A stretch of DNA of 63,252 nt, the filler included, from Folioceros fuciformis (lineage: Eukaryota), in NCBI GenBank assembly GCA_049999805.1. It is 15 parts of 15 records of this genome, joined end to end, with 100 filler letters (N's around TTAATTAATTAA, not from the genome) between each part and the next. Parts side by side here need not be neighbours in the genome. Positions count along the whole stretch, not along the records: positions 11,241 to 14,364 come from JBNGIO010002222.1; positions 14,465 to 26,518 come from JBNGIO010002223.1; 13 more parts are not named here. One strand, written 5' to 3'. The notes beneath the pieces were generated by a model. That model had not been told where the DNA came from. It worked only from the letters and a program-made list of their open reading frames with translations, and ran no database searches. Every line of letters starts with the position of its first letter. Positions within the stretch are counted from its first letter, which is position 1. The position numbers and the translations under genes were made by a program. This document shows positions 12,524 to 25,900 of the stretch, piece by piece.

Positions 12524-14364
12524 TGTTAAAATTCTAGCAGTAGAATTGCATCTAATCTAGCATGATTAGGATTGCATATAGTCTAGCATGATCAAGATGC
12601 AATGCTCAGAGAGATATTTCGTGTTAATCTCTAAAAGGTGTATACAAAGTGTGTCTTAAATAGCGTCACTGGGTGTCTCTTCCGAAGAGGCACACCCATT
12701 CGTAATTATTAAATACTATTAATTAAAGCCTACGGTAACTAGCTGGTCAGCAGGGTTACGGGCAGATTATCCATTCTGTAACACTCCCTCTTAAGTTGAA
12801 CGTGACCTGACTAGTGATGGAGGCTATCTCCCATGGAGTGCGACACTCCTCTTTGATGTGCTCCCTCTCAAGGCTAATGAGAGCCTGTACATGCTGTCTT
12901 GAGGCACAGCACTGAAGAGGCACAAGTCAAGATTTGTGGTCCTGAAAAGGTAGCATGACCCCCTTGAAGCAAGCATCTTAAGATCGCCTTGCTTCAGTAG
13001 CTAAGTCATGGAGACCAGGTTCTTGCCCATCTAAGCATAGGCTCCAAGGTAAGCACCGAACCGTCCTCGAGGGGAAATTCGCAAGTGCCTTGTCCCATGA
13101 TTGGCAGGCTAGATCTACTCTGTTCGTCACCGAGTAACACCCTTTCCTTGAGAGGACGTGTATCCAGCTTGGTGGATAGAGTACGATTGTTGCATATGTG
13201 GGCGATGGCTCCACTGTCAAGATACCACCTTGCATCTTGATGCAACTGGGTTGAGGCAAGCCGTAAGTATCTTTATGGTTCTTGTCTCCACTGGCGTTTC
13301 CCTTGACTACAATATTGGCTGCATGTCACAAGTCAGCCTTCTGCGGCTCTCCGGCCTCTTTCTTGCAGCACTCTCGTGCCCAATGGCCGGCAGCTCCGCA
13401 CCAATTGTAGTTTCCAGCTCGGCGAGGAGGGGCAACGGTTGAATCTCCTTTAGGGGTGAAGTTTGCCTTGCCCTTCGAATTCCTCCTGAGTTTGAAGCGG
13501 GTGGAAAGCGCCATGTCTGCTTTGGGCTTGGACCCTCCTGCAGAACATAAGCGGCTCTGATCCTACTGATACAGAGAACCGATGATGTCTTCCACTGTTA
13601 GAGTGGGGGCGGCACCCAGCTTACCCTGAGTTGATACCAACATCAGGCTAGTAACAAAATTCTGGTAAGACGGTGGTAAGCTCATTAGCAGCTGTGCAGC
13701 GGTATTGGTCTCCATCATGGTTGAGCCAAGGGAGGCGAGTTGCCCTCGCAGCTGTCTGAACTTCAAGGTGTGAGCAGAGATCGTATCTTTCTCCTTCATC
13801 CTTAAGGAGTTGAATTCCTGCCTTATACTATACAAGGTTAGAACATTGGTAACATTGTAGGTGTTAGACAACTGGTCCCAGATGGCAGATGCATCTGAGA
13901 GAAATTCAACACTAGGCACAAGACTTGAATCCAGGCCGCTGGTCAGGAGTGCCACAGCTATCCCATTCAAATAGTCCCATCTCTCAATGATGGCGACTGG
14001 CGGGGGTGGAGTGGCAGAAGGGTCGAGCTTTGGAAGGGTGCCGTCGACGATCTTCCAAACGCCTCGGTCAATAAGGATCGACTTCATCTGAACGCGCCAC
14101 ATAGGGTAGTGCTGGCCGTTGAATCGATCTTTCTCTCTGATGTGGTCGGTGAAGATGGGAATCGAGTTGGTGGAGAAAGTACTAGCCATGGCAGCTGGAG
14201 CGTTAATTGAAAGCGAGTTGATCCCAGAGAGTCGACGTGTTGACCGAGGTGTTTGCTTCTGTCGGCTCCTCTGCTGGGTCGAAAAGGGGTCCTTGGAAAT
14301 GCTCGGCAGCAGGTGCCAAGCTAAATCACAAGCAGGGAAGGGATCAGTAATCTGATCGCAAAAA
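12524..14364 (-). mobile_element. Non-autonomous copia element (gag + protease only) with PPT and 260-bp 3' LTR (12524-12783)
   Basis: gag at 13563-14189, zinc knuckle, WYLDSGA; then about 200 bp, PPT (TAAGAGGGAG, 12784-12793) and a TGTTA..TAACA LTR. No integrase or RT. Confidence 0.8.
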
Positions 14365-14730
14365 NNNNNNNNNNNNNNNNNNNNNNNNNNNNNNNNNNNN
14401 NNNNNNNNTTAATTAATTAANNNNNNNNNNNNNNNNNNNNNNNNNNNNNNNNNNNNNNNNNNNNGGATCGCATCGGGCTCGTGGACAACGCAGACGAGGC
14501 TAGCGGGTGCGACGCCAGGCGCCGGAGGACGGATGCTACGGGTGACGAGCACGACGCGAGCGCGAGCTAGCTGAGATCCCAGCCATGAAGCGGCGAGATC
14601 TCAATCGGAGGATTTATGCCCGTCGGGTCGGCTTGTGGACAGTCAATTCGGAATGAGATTGAGAGTAACAAAATCCACATTCTGACAGTTTCTAACTAGC
14701 ATTTTGCTTAATTTGCATCGATTTTGAAAC

Positions 14731-17700
14731 ATGACGTCCTCAGAAAACGTCATGTTCAATATCGAGAAGTTAGATGGTGCTAACTTCCCGTTCTGGAAAG
14801 AACAAGTGTATAATGTTCTAGTACAGAAGAAGCAGATCAAGCCCATCAAGCTACTAGGAGTGAAACCCATTAGCATGACTCAGGATGAGTGGCAGGATCT
14901 AGATGAGCTTGCTAGGTCTACCATCATGCTAACATTGTCGAAGTCGGTCTACTTCAACGTGAAAGACAAGACCACAAGTTTCGAGCTGTGGCAAAAGTTG
15001 TGTGACCTGTACGAGAAGCAAAGTGCGGCTTCTCAGGTGTATTGGTTGAAACAGTTGATGGGCTTGAAGATGAAGGAAGGGACGAGGATGTCTGATCATT
15101 TGAATGAGTTCAATACCATTTTCAGCCAGCTCTCATCTCAAGGTATCTCGTTCCCAGATTCCGTGAGAGCTATGTTTCTGTTGGTCACATTACCAGAGAG
15201 CTGGGACACCTTTTGTACAACTCTGAGGAATTCTGCTATGGCCAGTGGTCTTACCATTGTAAATGTAGAAGGTAGCCTGTTAACAGGGGAGGTGAACAGG
15301 AAGAATATGGAATCCTCGAAAGGTTCCAATGCCCTCATGGTGAGAGGAAGGTCCACTTCAAAGGGGAAGTACAAGGAGCGAAGTCATTCCCGTAGTAAGT
15401 CTCGTAGTCGTAACAATGTAGAGTGTTACCATTGTCACAAGAAGGGTCACATCAAAAGGGACTGCGAGAAGTTCAAGAAGGACAAAAGAAAGGAGAAGAA
15501 GCAGAGCGACAACAAGGCAAGTCCGAGTGTCAAGCGTGACGAGGTGAACTTTGTTGATGATGGAGATGTTCTGACCTCTTCTTCCTTCGATTCTGCACAA
15601 CTGACAGCCGTGGAGAGTCACTTATTCTCTAATTGGATAATTGACTCTGGAGCATCTTTCCATGTTACTCCGCATAGGGAGTGGTTTAGCACTTATGATG
15701 CTCCTAGGAAAGGATGTGTTCGGCTTGGAAATAACTACGGATGCGAGATTGCAGGCGTTGGTGATGTGCAGCTGAAGTTCGACAATGGATCTTCATTTGT
15801 ACTGAAGGATGTTAGGCATGTTCCGAAGTTGACCAAAAGCATGATTAGCGCAGGGCAGTTGGATGACGCTAGCTACCACTGTTGGTTTGGAGATCGTTCT
15901 TGGAAGATCTCCAAAGGTTCTCTTGTGTTAGCTCGTGGATCGAAGTATGGCACTTTGTACTCACTTCAGGTAACCACTGTCTAGAATCATGTGATTTGTG
16001 TAACGAAACAGCCAAGTGTTTCCTTGTGGCATAGTCAGTTAGGACATATGTCTCAAAAAGGAATGAAGATCTTATCTCGTTTTGGTTACGTCCTTGCTTT
16101 TGACTTCTCCAATTTCTCCGTGTGTGAGCACTGTTTGTATGGGAAACAAACGAAGTCACCACATGGAGCAAGAGGTAAACACAAAAGTAAACCTCTTGAG
16201 TTGGTTCACAGTAACGTTTGTGGACCTATGCCCACTGTATCGTTAGGTAGTGCATCCTATTTTGTCACTTTCATTGATGATTTCTCACACAAGGTATGGG
16301 TTTATCCTTTGAGGAAAAAGGATGATGTTCTGACAGTGTTTCAGAAATTCGTCACCCTTGTGGAGAATCAGTTTGGCCTCCGACTGAAGTGTCTAAGGAC
16401 AGGCAATGGGGGAGAGTATGTTTCGAAGGCTTTCCAGCCATTCTGTGATTCCAAGGGAATCAAGAGAGAATTGACTGCGCCATATACTCCTCCCCAGAAT
16501 GGTGTGGCTGAACGGATGAACAGGACCATCCAGGAGAGGATGCGTAGTTTGTTGTCAAACTCTGGATTGCCTAACGGATTTTGGGCAGAAGCGGTGGTTA
16601 CTGCGGTGCATTTTATTAACAGATCTCCTAATAGAGCTGTGAATGAGTAGGTTCCAGAAGAGATGTGGTCTGGAAAGAAGCCGTCTGCATCTACGAGTGT
16701 TTGGCTGCGAGGCATACTACCATGTTCTGAAGGAGTTTTGGGACAAGTTGGCTCCTAAGTCAAGAAAATGTATTTTTCTTGGCTATGGTGAATCTGGTGA
16801 GATGGGATACCGTCTGTGGGATCTAGAGACCAAGAGGATGGTTCGCAGCAATGACGTGTTCTTCAATAAGACCAACATGCACAAGAAGCCTACTCCAACT
16901 GTGGAGGTGCGACGGGTTGTCTTTCAAGAAGGATTTGACCGTCCAGCGCAGGTTGAACGTCGTGATGTGCAGGAACAAGTTCCTCCACTTGTAGAAGAGG
17001 AGAGAGTGCAACCAGCCCCGGTCGAGGCTCCAGTGCTTCGTAGGTTAGGAAGGATTTCACGTCCTCCTGACAGGTATGTTGCATCTCTTGATTATGTCAT
17101 GCTGACGGATTGTGGAGAGCCCTCGTGTTATCAAGAGGCCATGTTAGAGACTGACAAGGACAAGTGGGAGAAGGTGATGCAGTCGCAGATGGATTTGCTC
17201 CATAATAACCAAACTTCAGAGTTGGTTCGATTGCCTAGGGCAAGAAGGCGTTGCCATGCAAATGGGTATATAAGATGAAGGACATACCCCATTATGGCTA
17301 ACCCAAGTAAGGGTTTTAAGCAACAGCAAGGTATTGACTTTGATGATATTTTCTCACCGGTTGTCAAAATGACCACCTTGCGATGTGTTCTTGGTCTGGT
17401 TGCGAGGAACGACATGGAACTTGTCCAGATGAATGTGAAGTCGGCATTTCTGCTTGGTGATCTTCAGGAAGAGGTATACATGTAGCAACCAAAGGGTTTC
17501 ATTGAGAAGGGCAAAGAGAGTCTGGTGTGTAGGTGAAAGAAGAGCCTTTATGGTTTTGAAGCAGGCGCACAGGGAGTGGTATTTCAAGTTCCACTCATTT
17601 ATGCTTTCTCAAGGCTACAAGCGTAGTGATGAGGATCATTGCCTCTATACGAAGCAAGCTAAAGATGGAAGCTTGCTCATTCTGGTCCTTTATGTGGATG

Positions 17701-18815
17701 ATATGCTAATTGCTGGGACTAACACTGATGAGATTTTAGCGTTGAAGTCAAAGTTGAATGCTCGCTTTGACATGATAGACTTGGGAGAGGCAAGCCATAT
17801 TCTTGGCATGCGTATTCGTCGAGACAGACAAGCGTTTGCTGTACTTGTCTCAGACTGAATACATTAACAAGGTGCTTCAACGTTTCAATATGGAGAAGGG
17901 GAAGGTATTGAGTACGCTGTTGCCTCCATATGTGAAACTTTCAAGCAAGGATTGCCCAAGCTCTGCGGAGGACAACGCTAAAATGGAGAAGGTTCCATAC
18001 TCATCAGCTGTAGGGAGTTTGATGTATGCAATGATTGCTACACATCCTGACATTGCTTTTGCAGTAGGAGTGGTTAGCAGGTTTATGTCAAACCCTGGTA
18101 GGAAGCATTGGGAGGTAGTGAAAAGAGTTACGAGGTACTTGTATGGTACGAAAGCTTTGTGCTTATGTTTTGGTAGTGAAGATGCATCTGTCGTGGGATA
18201 TACGGATGCTGATTATGCACAAAAGGACATCAGGAGGAGGAGGTCCACATCAGGTTACGCCTTCATGTGCACTGGAAGAGCAGTCTCATGGCGATCTCGT
18301 TTGCAATCGTGCATCACACTATCTACCATAGAGGCCGAGTATGTTGCGATGACTAAGGTGTGCAAAGAAACCCTGTGGCTTGCTTGTTTAGTGGGAGATT
18401 TGGGGATTAAGGTTGAGCTGCCAGTGTTGCATTGTGATAGCCGAAGTGCTATCCAATTGGGAAAGAATCCAGTGTTTCATGCGAAGACCAAACATGTGGA
18501 AGTGAAGTATCACTTCATTCGAGAGGTGTTGGAAGACAATAGGGTACAGCTTGTCAAAGTTCACACCAGTCAGAACCCTGCAGATGTTTTTTCGCGAAGA
18601 AAATAATTCTGAGTATGAGTGGAAGACTCCTCCCACTTACAATACAATGGGAACCCCCTGCTAACGAATGTACATATATCGAGCACCAAAAGAGAGTGGG
18701 GAGGACTAGCCTTAAGTCCAAAACTCAAGACAAGGCGCAAATGTTCTTACCAAGGGGCTCTCTATAGAGCAATTCGCACAAGCTCGGACACTCATGGGCA
18801 TGAGGTAGACCACTC
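14731..18815 (+). pseudogene. gag-pol polyprotein pseudogene (Tnt1-like)
   Basis: ORF pieces 14731-15984, 15991-16650, 16643-17278, 17294-17485, 17454-17858 and 17803-18606, broken by stops and frameshifts. Confidence 0.93.
18589..18740. mobile_element. 152-bp insertion with 5-bp target-site duplication ATGTT
   Basis: Absent from the paralog at about 9785-9800; ATGTT at 18584-18588 and 18741-18745. Confidence 0.75.
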
Positions 18816-18850
18816 TCCTATGAAGGTAAATTGGCCTTTAAATGGGAGGT

Positions 18851-19235
18851 TGTAGGGTTATTAAAGCCCAATGTGCTTAGACTAATGTGTTCAGTCTAAG
18901 ATTAGTGTCTAGTTAAGTATCATTAGTTTAGATTAGCTTAAGCTAATATGTAGGAAGCTAATATGTAGGAAGCTTCTTGCGCAGCTTCTTGTGCCGTTCT
19001 TGCGCAGCTTCCTGTGCGCTTCTTGTGCAGCTTCCTAGGGAGTTCTTCTAGAGGGTATAAATATCCCCTTGAGCTCCCTTGCATATTGAGACTATGTGTG
19101 AGAGTGTGACCTCTCTTTTCTCCTCTCCTCCTTGCCTCCTCCTCTCCTCCTTCACCATGTAGCTCCTGGAGCAATCCTTCACCCCTTTTATAGAGGCTCT
19201 GCTTTGTTGTTTATGGGTTGAGCCTCCCTTTCACA
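18851..19235 (+). repeat. 3' LTR of the Tnt1-like element
   Basis: Follows PPT AAATGGGAGGT; matches the reverse complement of 9422-9685; TATAAAT box; right end approximate. Confidence 0.75.
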
Positions 19236-19239
19236 AGCG

Positions 19240-19905
19240 CTCCCCATTGTGAAAGACTAAGAGTGCGAGGATGCTATTGCGTAGCAATTTTATGGGCTCC
19301 CCATTGGGAATTGTGCGAAGAAGGAGGTAACGTTAGCTACATATGCATAGCAAGTTTATGGGCTCCCCATTGTAAATTGTGTAAAGAAGCACATGACATT
19401 ACTCCATATGTATAGCAAGTTTATGAGCTCCCCGTTGTAAATTGTGCGAAGAAAGAGGTTGTGAGTTGTGCAACAAAGGAGGTGACGTTACTCCATGTGC
19501 ATAGCAAGTTTATGGGCCCCCATTGTAAATTGTGTGCAGAAGGACATTGTGTATTAAGCGAAGGAGGGGGTTGTGTATTGTGTGAAGAAGGAGGTTGTGA
19601 ATTGTGCAAAGAAGAAGATGAAGTTACTACATAGCAAGTTTAAGGGCTCCCCGTTGTAAATTGTGTGAAGAAGAAGGTGATGTTATTGCATGGCAAGTTT
19701 ATTGGGTCGCTTGTGTGAATTGTGCCAAGAAGGAGGTGATGTTACTGCATGACAAGTTTATTGGGTCCTTGGTGTGAATTGTGCGAAGAAGGAGTGGACA
19801 TTATTGCATAGCAAGCTTATAGGCTCCCAGTTATGAATTGTGCAAAGAAGGAAGTGACGTTACTACATAGCAAGTTTATAGGCTCCTCATTGTGAATTGT
19901 GCTTG
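19240..19905 (+). repeat. Degenerate tandem repeat, unit about 58-62 bp
   Basis: Recurrent GCAAGTTTATGGGCTCCCCATTGTAAATTGTGCGAAGAAGGAGGTGACGTTA, about 9-10 copies. Confidence 0.9.
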
Positions 19906-19909
19906 GGTG

Positions 19910-21475
19910 ACAATGCCGAGTATGGTGGATCTCTAGCAAACCAAGGGGCAATTGTCGTCCCTAGACACGTACGCTGGGTACAAGCGGCCTAATGAAATTT
20001 GGGAGGATCTTAACACTCTCCTATTCATACAAACAAGACAGCTGAATCCTACCATGGACATAGTGGTACAAGATGGGCAGCTCTTCACTATTGGCGAGAT
20101 GGTTATCTCCTTTAGAAGTTGCCCAATGGGTTGGAGCGCATTGTCCCACCATCGGCTAATCGTGAGCGATTGATCCGCTGAGTGTACGATGGCATGGGCC
20201 ATTTCGGGGTCAAGCGTACCTACAACTTGCTCCTACCACAATTCCTCTGGCATGGTATGTATTCCCAAGTTAAGCAACATGTGGCTTATCGCCAAGAGTG
20301 TGATAGGTGAAGACATCCTTCACCATTCAAAACTTGTAGCTGCACCCCTTGCCAATCATGGGACTGTTTTTCAGGTGGTCTTATGATTTGTTGGGTGAAT
20401 TACCCAAGACACCACGTGGGAATGTGTACATCCTCGTCATGATGGAACACTTTTCCAAGTGGGTGGAAGTGGGGGCTCTACCGGATAAGAAATCTAGAAG
20501 TAAAGCTCAAGCTTTCCTCCGAAATATATTGTGCCACTTCGGCAATTGTGCTGAGTGTTTGACGGATTAGGGGACTGAATTCAGAGGGGAATTCCAGGAC
20601 CTTATGGATGTGGCACTCATTAACCATCTTAGGACCAGTAGGAACCACCCACAAGTTGATGGCCTTACTGAAGGCATGGTGCAGACCATCAAGAAGGGTT
20701 TGAGGAAGCTTTGCCTTCAAATGCCAAAAGTGGGATTTGGCGCTCCCTTACATTGCCATGGGCTATCACATGAGTCGCCATGCCTCATTGGTCTATTTTA
20801 CTCCGTATTTCTTGCTGTTTGGGAGGGATCCTATACCACCTAGTTCCATTGCTAAGCAACTCTATGAGGTGGTGGACTTGGATCATCTTGCAACTTGGGC
20901 AAGGGTCATGGGTCAGCGTGCAGTGCTGTTTCGGCAAGCCATGCCGATGGCCATGGCTAACCTGAGGATTGCCCAACATTGGGACACCCTGAGGTATGCC
21001 CACACACGCAGGGGTAGCTTCAGGCCCAAGCTCAAGAAGTTCCAAGTTGGGGATTTCACTTCTTTCAAAGGCAAGTGGGGGACACCCTTGACACCACTAC
21101 TAGCTGGCATGTGCTACGAGTCCAGGTGGTCAAGGAAAATGGTGTGCTGGTTTTACAGGGCTTAGATGGATGCATGACTAGGAAGCACATGAAGAATTGT
21201 GCACTATCACCATCTACCTAACCTGGATCCCACCCTTGTTACCAGCAATTGGGTGCCCCCGGCCGGCTATCCATGCCAAGTCTATAGGAGGGCCAATGAC
21301 CCCAAGCTAATGTTGCTATGTGACTCCTGCAACGATGGATATCACATGTTTTGCTTACAGCCCTCTTTGGCTAAGGTGCTAGAGCAGCTGTGGTATTGCC
21401 CCTCATGTGCCACTCCTCTTGCAGCCTTAGTGCTACGACACACAAGCTTCACCAACCGGGGGAGGGGGGGGGGAA
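19910..21475 (+). mobile_element. Ty3/gypsy integrase remnant with C-terminal PHD finger, ending in a PPT
   Basis: HDGMGHFGVKRT H2C2 domain; YILVMMEHFSKWVE and HPQVDGLTE rve core; LLFGRDP; FQVGD; PHD CQV..LLCDSCNDGYHMFCL..WYCPSC; G-rich PPT at about 21457-21474. Confidence 0.85.
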
Positions 21476-21479
21476 GTAG

Positions 21480-22350
21480 TAGGTACACCATCAGCTCTAA
21501 CTTACTCCCATGAGCATGACTCACTTTCTATTTGACAAAGATGTTCTTGAACTGCAAGATTGTTGGGATAAGGCATACTTGGGACTCTCCTTGCTGGAAC
21601 TCCCCAAATGTTGCCAACTTGTGCTTTTCACGACAGCTGACCGGAGGCCGCTAGGGAGTTCAGGATAGGTAACATGATCAATCCGCAATCAAGACTACCG
21701 GGACTCTTGAGACTACCTCAACTACTATGTTCGAGCACAAGAAGGAAGGTAAGGTGAGTTCACATCCATAGCTTTCAATTTGTCCCTTTGCACAATATGG
21801 ATAGTAGCTATTATTTCCTTTTATTCCATTAATGTAGGAACGTAGTTATTACGAATAATAGCCAGATTTAAATAGCTAGAAAAAGGCTAGACCCTAGCAA
21901 GTCTGAATTCACTGAAAAAACCCTAGAAAGGAACTAACATTGGGAGGCAAGGTGTAAGGAAGTTAGTCTTCAAAGTTGCACCTGGAGAGCGCCACAACTA
22001 GAGGCAAAAGGCCTTGTACTCGTGTGTCCAAATTACAAAGTTGGTTTTTGTGTGCCCCTCATATTGGAGTGAAGGTGTGACTGACAAGCTCCCAGCCAGT
22101 GCGTGTACCCTGTGCTGGCCTAGTTGCTTACACTGCAACTCTCATGATTTCCTCTCATTTCAAAGGAAAACACTTCGAATCAGTAGGTGCACTATCAGCT
22201 CTAACTTACTCCCATGGGCATAACTTGCTGTCTTTTTGACAAAAATGTTCCTGAACTGCAAGATTGCTAGAACAAGACATATGATACAAGGGATTGTCCT
22301 CCTTGCCAGGACTCCCGAAATCTTGCCTGCTTGTTGTTTTTCACGACACT
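21480..22350 (+). repeat. Diverged direct repeat pair (about 21480-21640 and 22183-22350)
   Basis: Shared ATCAGCTCTAACTTACTCCCATG..GAACTGCAAGATT..TTTTCACGACA. Confidence 0.75.
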
Positions 22351-22974
22351 TAGGTCATCTAATATGTAGACAACAAGTTGCTTGTACTACCATTGTGACA
22401 TGTTTTGAAACTTCTTGGAAAATTCTACAAAAAAATGTTGATATTCCCACTTGTGTCTTTGTCAGTTTGCATTTTGTTACAAAGATTCGTAGGAGCATCA
22501 TAAATATGGATCAAGTTGTCTGAAGATAGTATTAGGTTCAAACTACCTATTCCACTTGATAATCTTAGGTTGGATTAAATTGGAGAGCTTGTTGAGAAAT
22601 GTTTCAAAGATATGCCCTCCTTTGTGTCACATGTATTGGTATCTAGGAATATAATAGAAATTCAAAATAGGCAAGGCACCACAGGTGTAAATGGGTTAGC
22701 CAAAAAACTGCCATCTAAAAATAGTAATTAAATCCTACACTACAATTACAAATAATTCGAATAGTAGATAAAGAATAACACTTTTCGCAAATGTGCACCT
22801 ATCCAGTGAAAAAGCGTAAATAATAAATAAATAAACAATCACATTAGGACAAGTTCAGAAGGAGGCCGGTCATTTTCTCCGAGGCAAACAATACCATTCG
22901 AAGGCAACGCAATTCCGGATCGCGACATGCATAGCTGGCAAGGGGATGCGACAAACAGTGCCGGCAGCTGCCAT

Positions 22975-25900
22975 CTATGAAACTGCCGCAGATCCTTCTA
23001 CCATCTTCTGGGACAGGACCAAAGTGTTGAGGTCCGGAGATTGTGTCGGCAAGTTGTTGGACAGGTCAACAACCTCCAAATTCGTCAGCCCTGCGAAAGC
23101 CGCTGGGCTCAAGCCTGAGAACTTGTTGTGGGACAGGTTGAGGTAGCGCAGATCCTTGAGTTCTCCGATGGAAGGGTCGATCGATCCTGTGAAATCATTC
23201 CTTGACAAGTCCAGAGCGGTTGTGGCTTTGACCAAGGTCAAGAATCGGGTTTGGTCAGAGAAACTGAAAGCGTAAAATGGGGCCCCTGGACTATACTTCT
23301 TGTATTCGACGTCTGCAAACTTTACGGGGTAGAAGCCAGACACGAGCTGCGCAATTGGCAGATCACCTGTGAGCTTGTTGTTCGAGAGGTCCAGAATGCT
23401 CAGCGATGTCAGTTGGCTAAGGAAGGCTGGCACGTTTCCTGTGATGCGGTTGTTGCTGACGTCGAGAACTTCCAGCTGCAGAGTCAAATTCAACAGGGAA
23501 TGAGTAGACCTGGCCTGTAAGGCTGCCATACTCCTGGCTCAGGTGGTCGTCAAATCCAATGGAAGTAAAATGCAGCCTGACTTTCGAGCGGAGGCCAACA
23601 GGAAATATTACCGAGCCCAATGAGGTGATGGCCCACGGAATTTGTCCAGACAGTCGGTTGCCGCTCACGTCGTAAACCTTCAGAGCGCAGTAGCTGCCGA
23701 ACTTCGCTCCGGCAGGAAGGATCGGGCCTGTCAGCAGGTTATTCGCCACAACGAGAATGTGTATGGCGGGGCAAGCAGCGCTGAAGTCGGGGATAGGCCC
23801 TGTGAGCTTGTTGTTGCTCAGCTTCAACGCCATCACAGCGCAAGTAGTGACAAGGGTAGCAGGGAACGGGCCGGTGAGCTCGTTGTCGGAGAAATCCACG
23901 TGGTCGAAGAAGGCCTCGTGACATTCTGGGATGGGTCCCGACAGCTTGTTCTTGTTGAAGATGAGAGTACTGCTGGAAGCCTCGAAGATGTGTGAGGGGA
24001 TGGAACCTGTGAGCTGATTCTCGCCAAAGTTAAGGAAGCGAAGGAGGCACGACGATTCTGAACCAAAGCCTGTGGGGATGGACCCCCTGAACTGATTCTT
24101 GTGCAGGTCCAAGACCTCGAGATCCGGAAGCCAAGCAAATTCCTGTGGAATCTCCCCGGTGATGGCGTTGGCGGAGAGATTGATGTGACGGAGTCTCAGG
24201 AGGCCGTTGAATGTAGGCAACTTGGTGAGCTTGTTCTCTGCAAGATCAAGGACTTCTGCATTGTAGAGCTGGAACACCCATGGAGGGATTGGACCTGCAT
24301 GATCAGTCATAGAATGCACCTGTGTCAGCGACCATATTCCAACCTCAACAACAACAACAGCAACAGCAGGAACAGGAACATGTTATCCATCAGCAGTATC
24401 TGCAACCATATTCCAAGCCCTGGGCCAGCATCTACACCAATAGCATCATGTTATCTGTCCTCCGACATGTTAACATACCTTCCAGCAAGTTGGAGTGCCC
24501 GTCAAACCGGCGCACGTTGGAGTGCACATTTACAGTAAGTACAGTACAAGTTTGAGCTTCAGTACGCTGAGCGATCTGTACGTTCATCATGCACATGGCC
24601 GGAACGCTGCCATAGCCCAAACTGGTGAGCATGTTGTGGCTGAGATCGATCTCCCTTATCGCCCACAGCGAAGGAGGATTCAGAGCTCCTGAGAGCTGAT
24701 TATTGTTGAGTCTGAGGATGCGGTCACCACAGTCGCCCCCGCACCAGCTGTGATCTGGTAAGGATTCAGAAACTGCGAACCCCAGGTTTTCCGGAATCTG
24801 TCCAGACAACCGGTTGAACGACAAGTCCAGAAACCCCAGACGGAGCTGCGACAGGGAGTCGGGAATCGATCCTGAAGACGGCCACTTCCAGAGGATTACA
24901 CTATTTGCCACGAGGCTAAGACAAAAAAACCCGCACCAAGGATTGCGATGGAAGGAGAAGGAACATCCAACCGGTGAGGGAGTTCCTTGCTGCCCAGAAG
25001 AGGCGAAGCCGCTTGCCAGCACCTCCAAGAGAAGCAGGAATCTGACCGCTCAAGTCGTTGTCCTTCACAATCAGGTGGACGAGGAGTCCGTTTGCCCCGA
25101 GACCGGGAGGAAGAGAACCGGTGAGCAGGTTCCTGTATAGAGCAAGATCGGTGAGAGGCAGGCGCGCCAGGCCGGGCGGAATCGTGCCCGTCACGGAGGT
25201 GCCGCGGATGACCAGCACCTGTTCAGGACTTCTTTAAAGCATGGATGTAAGCATGTGGAGTGTGGCGCACTCAGCGCACCTGACAGGCGCTTCCACTGGA
25301 AAGGAAGAGGAACGGATTGAAGTAGAGGAGAAAGACGTAACGCGACAGGTGAGCGGCATGCCATACCTTCAAGTTGGAAAGCTTCCCTAGCTCGGGAGGG
25401 ATGGGACCAGAGATGGCACTCTTTTGTGAGTGCCGCTCGTCTTCGACTCGCCACCATTCTATGCCGTCGTCCCAGGCTCCGATCCACAGCTTCTTGAGCG
25501 AGACGAGGTTTCCAAAAGAGGGAGGGATGGCACCGGCGAAATTGGTCCCCGTCAAGTGCAGCTCCTTCAAGGCAGGAAGCTCGCCAGGGTTGATGTGCGG
25601 GAGCGGGCCGAAGAACCGGGTGCCGGTGAGCTTCAACGATCTCAGCTTCTTGAGCTGCTTCACGGCTTCAGGAAAAGGGCCAGAAATACTGTGACAGTTG
25701 TCCACCTCGAGCACCTCCAGATCTTGCAGCTCGCTGATGGATGCCGGGATGCCCGTACGTGGATCCTGAACACGCCAATCCGAAAATAACCCTGCAGACT
25801 GGAAGCTGAGCTTCACCACTTTCCCCTCGGCATTGCAGGACACGCCATCGAACTGGCAGCAGTTTCCATCGATTGTCCACGACTCCATCGACATTTTCCC

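Larger units (their letters stand above)
14465..19235 (+). mobile_element. Tnt1-like Ty1/copia element, near full length, decayed
   Basis: gag (IEKLDGANF; CYHCHKKGHIKRDC), PR (WIIDSGAS), IN, RT (YVDD), RH; PPT then LTR from 18851. Confidence 0.95.

Noticed and set aside
24322-24555. Poly-Gln ORF on the + strand
   Set aside because: CAA/CAG microsatellite inside an intron of the minus-strand LRR gene.
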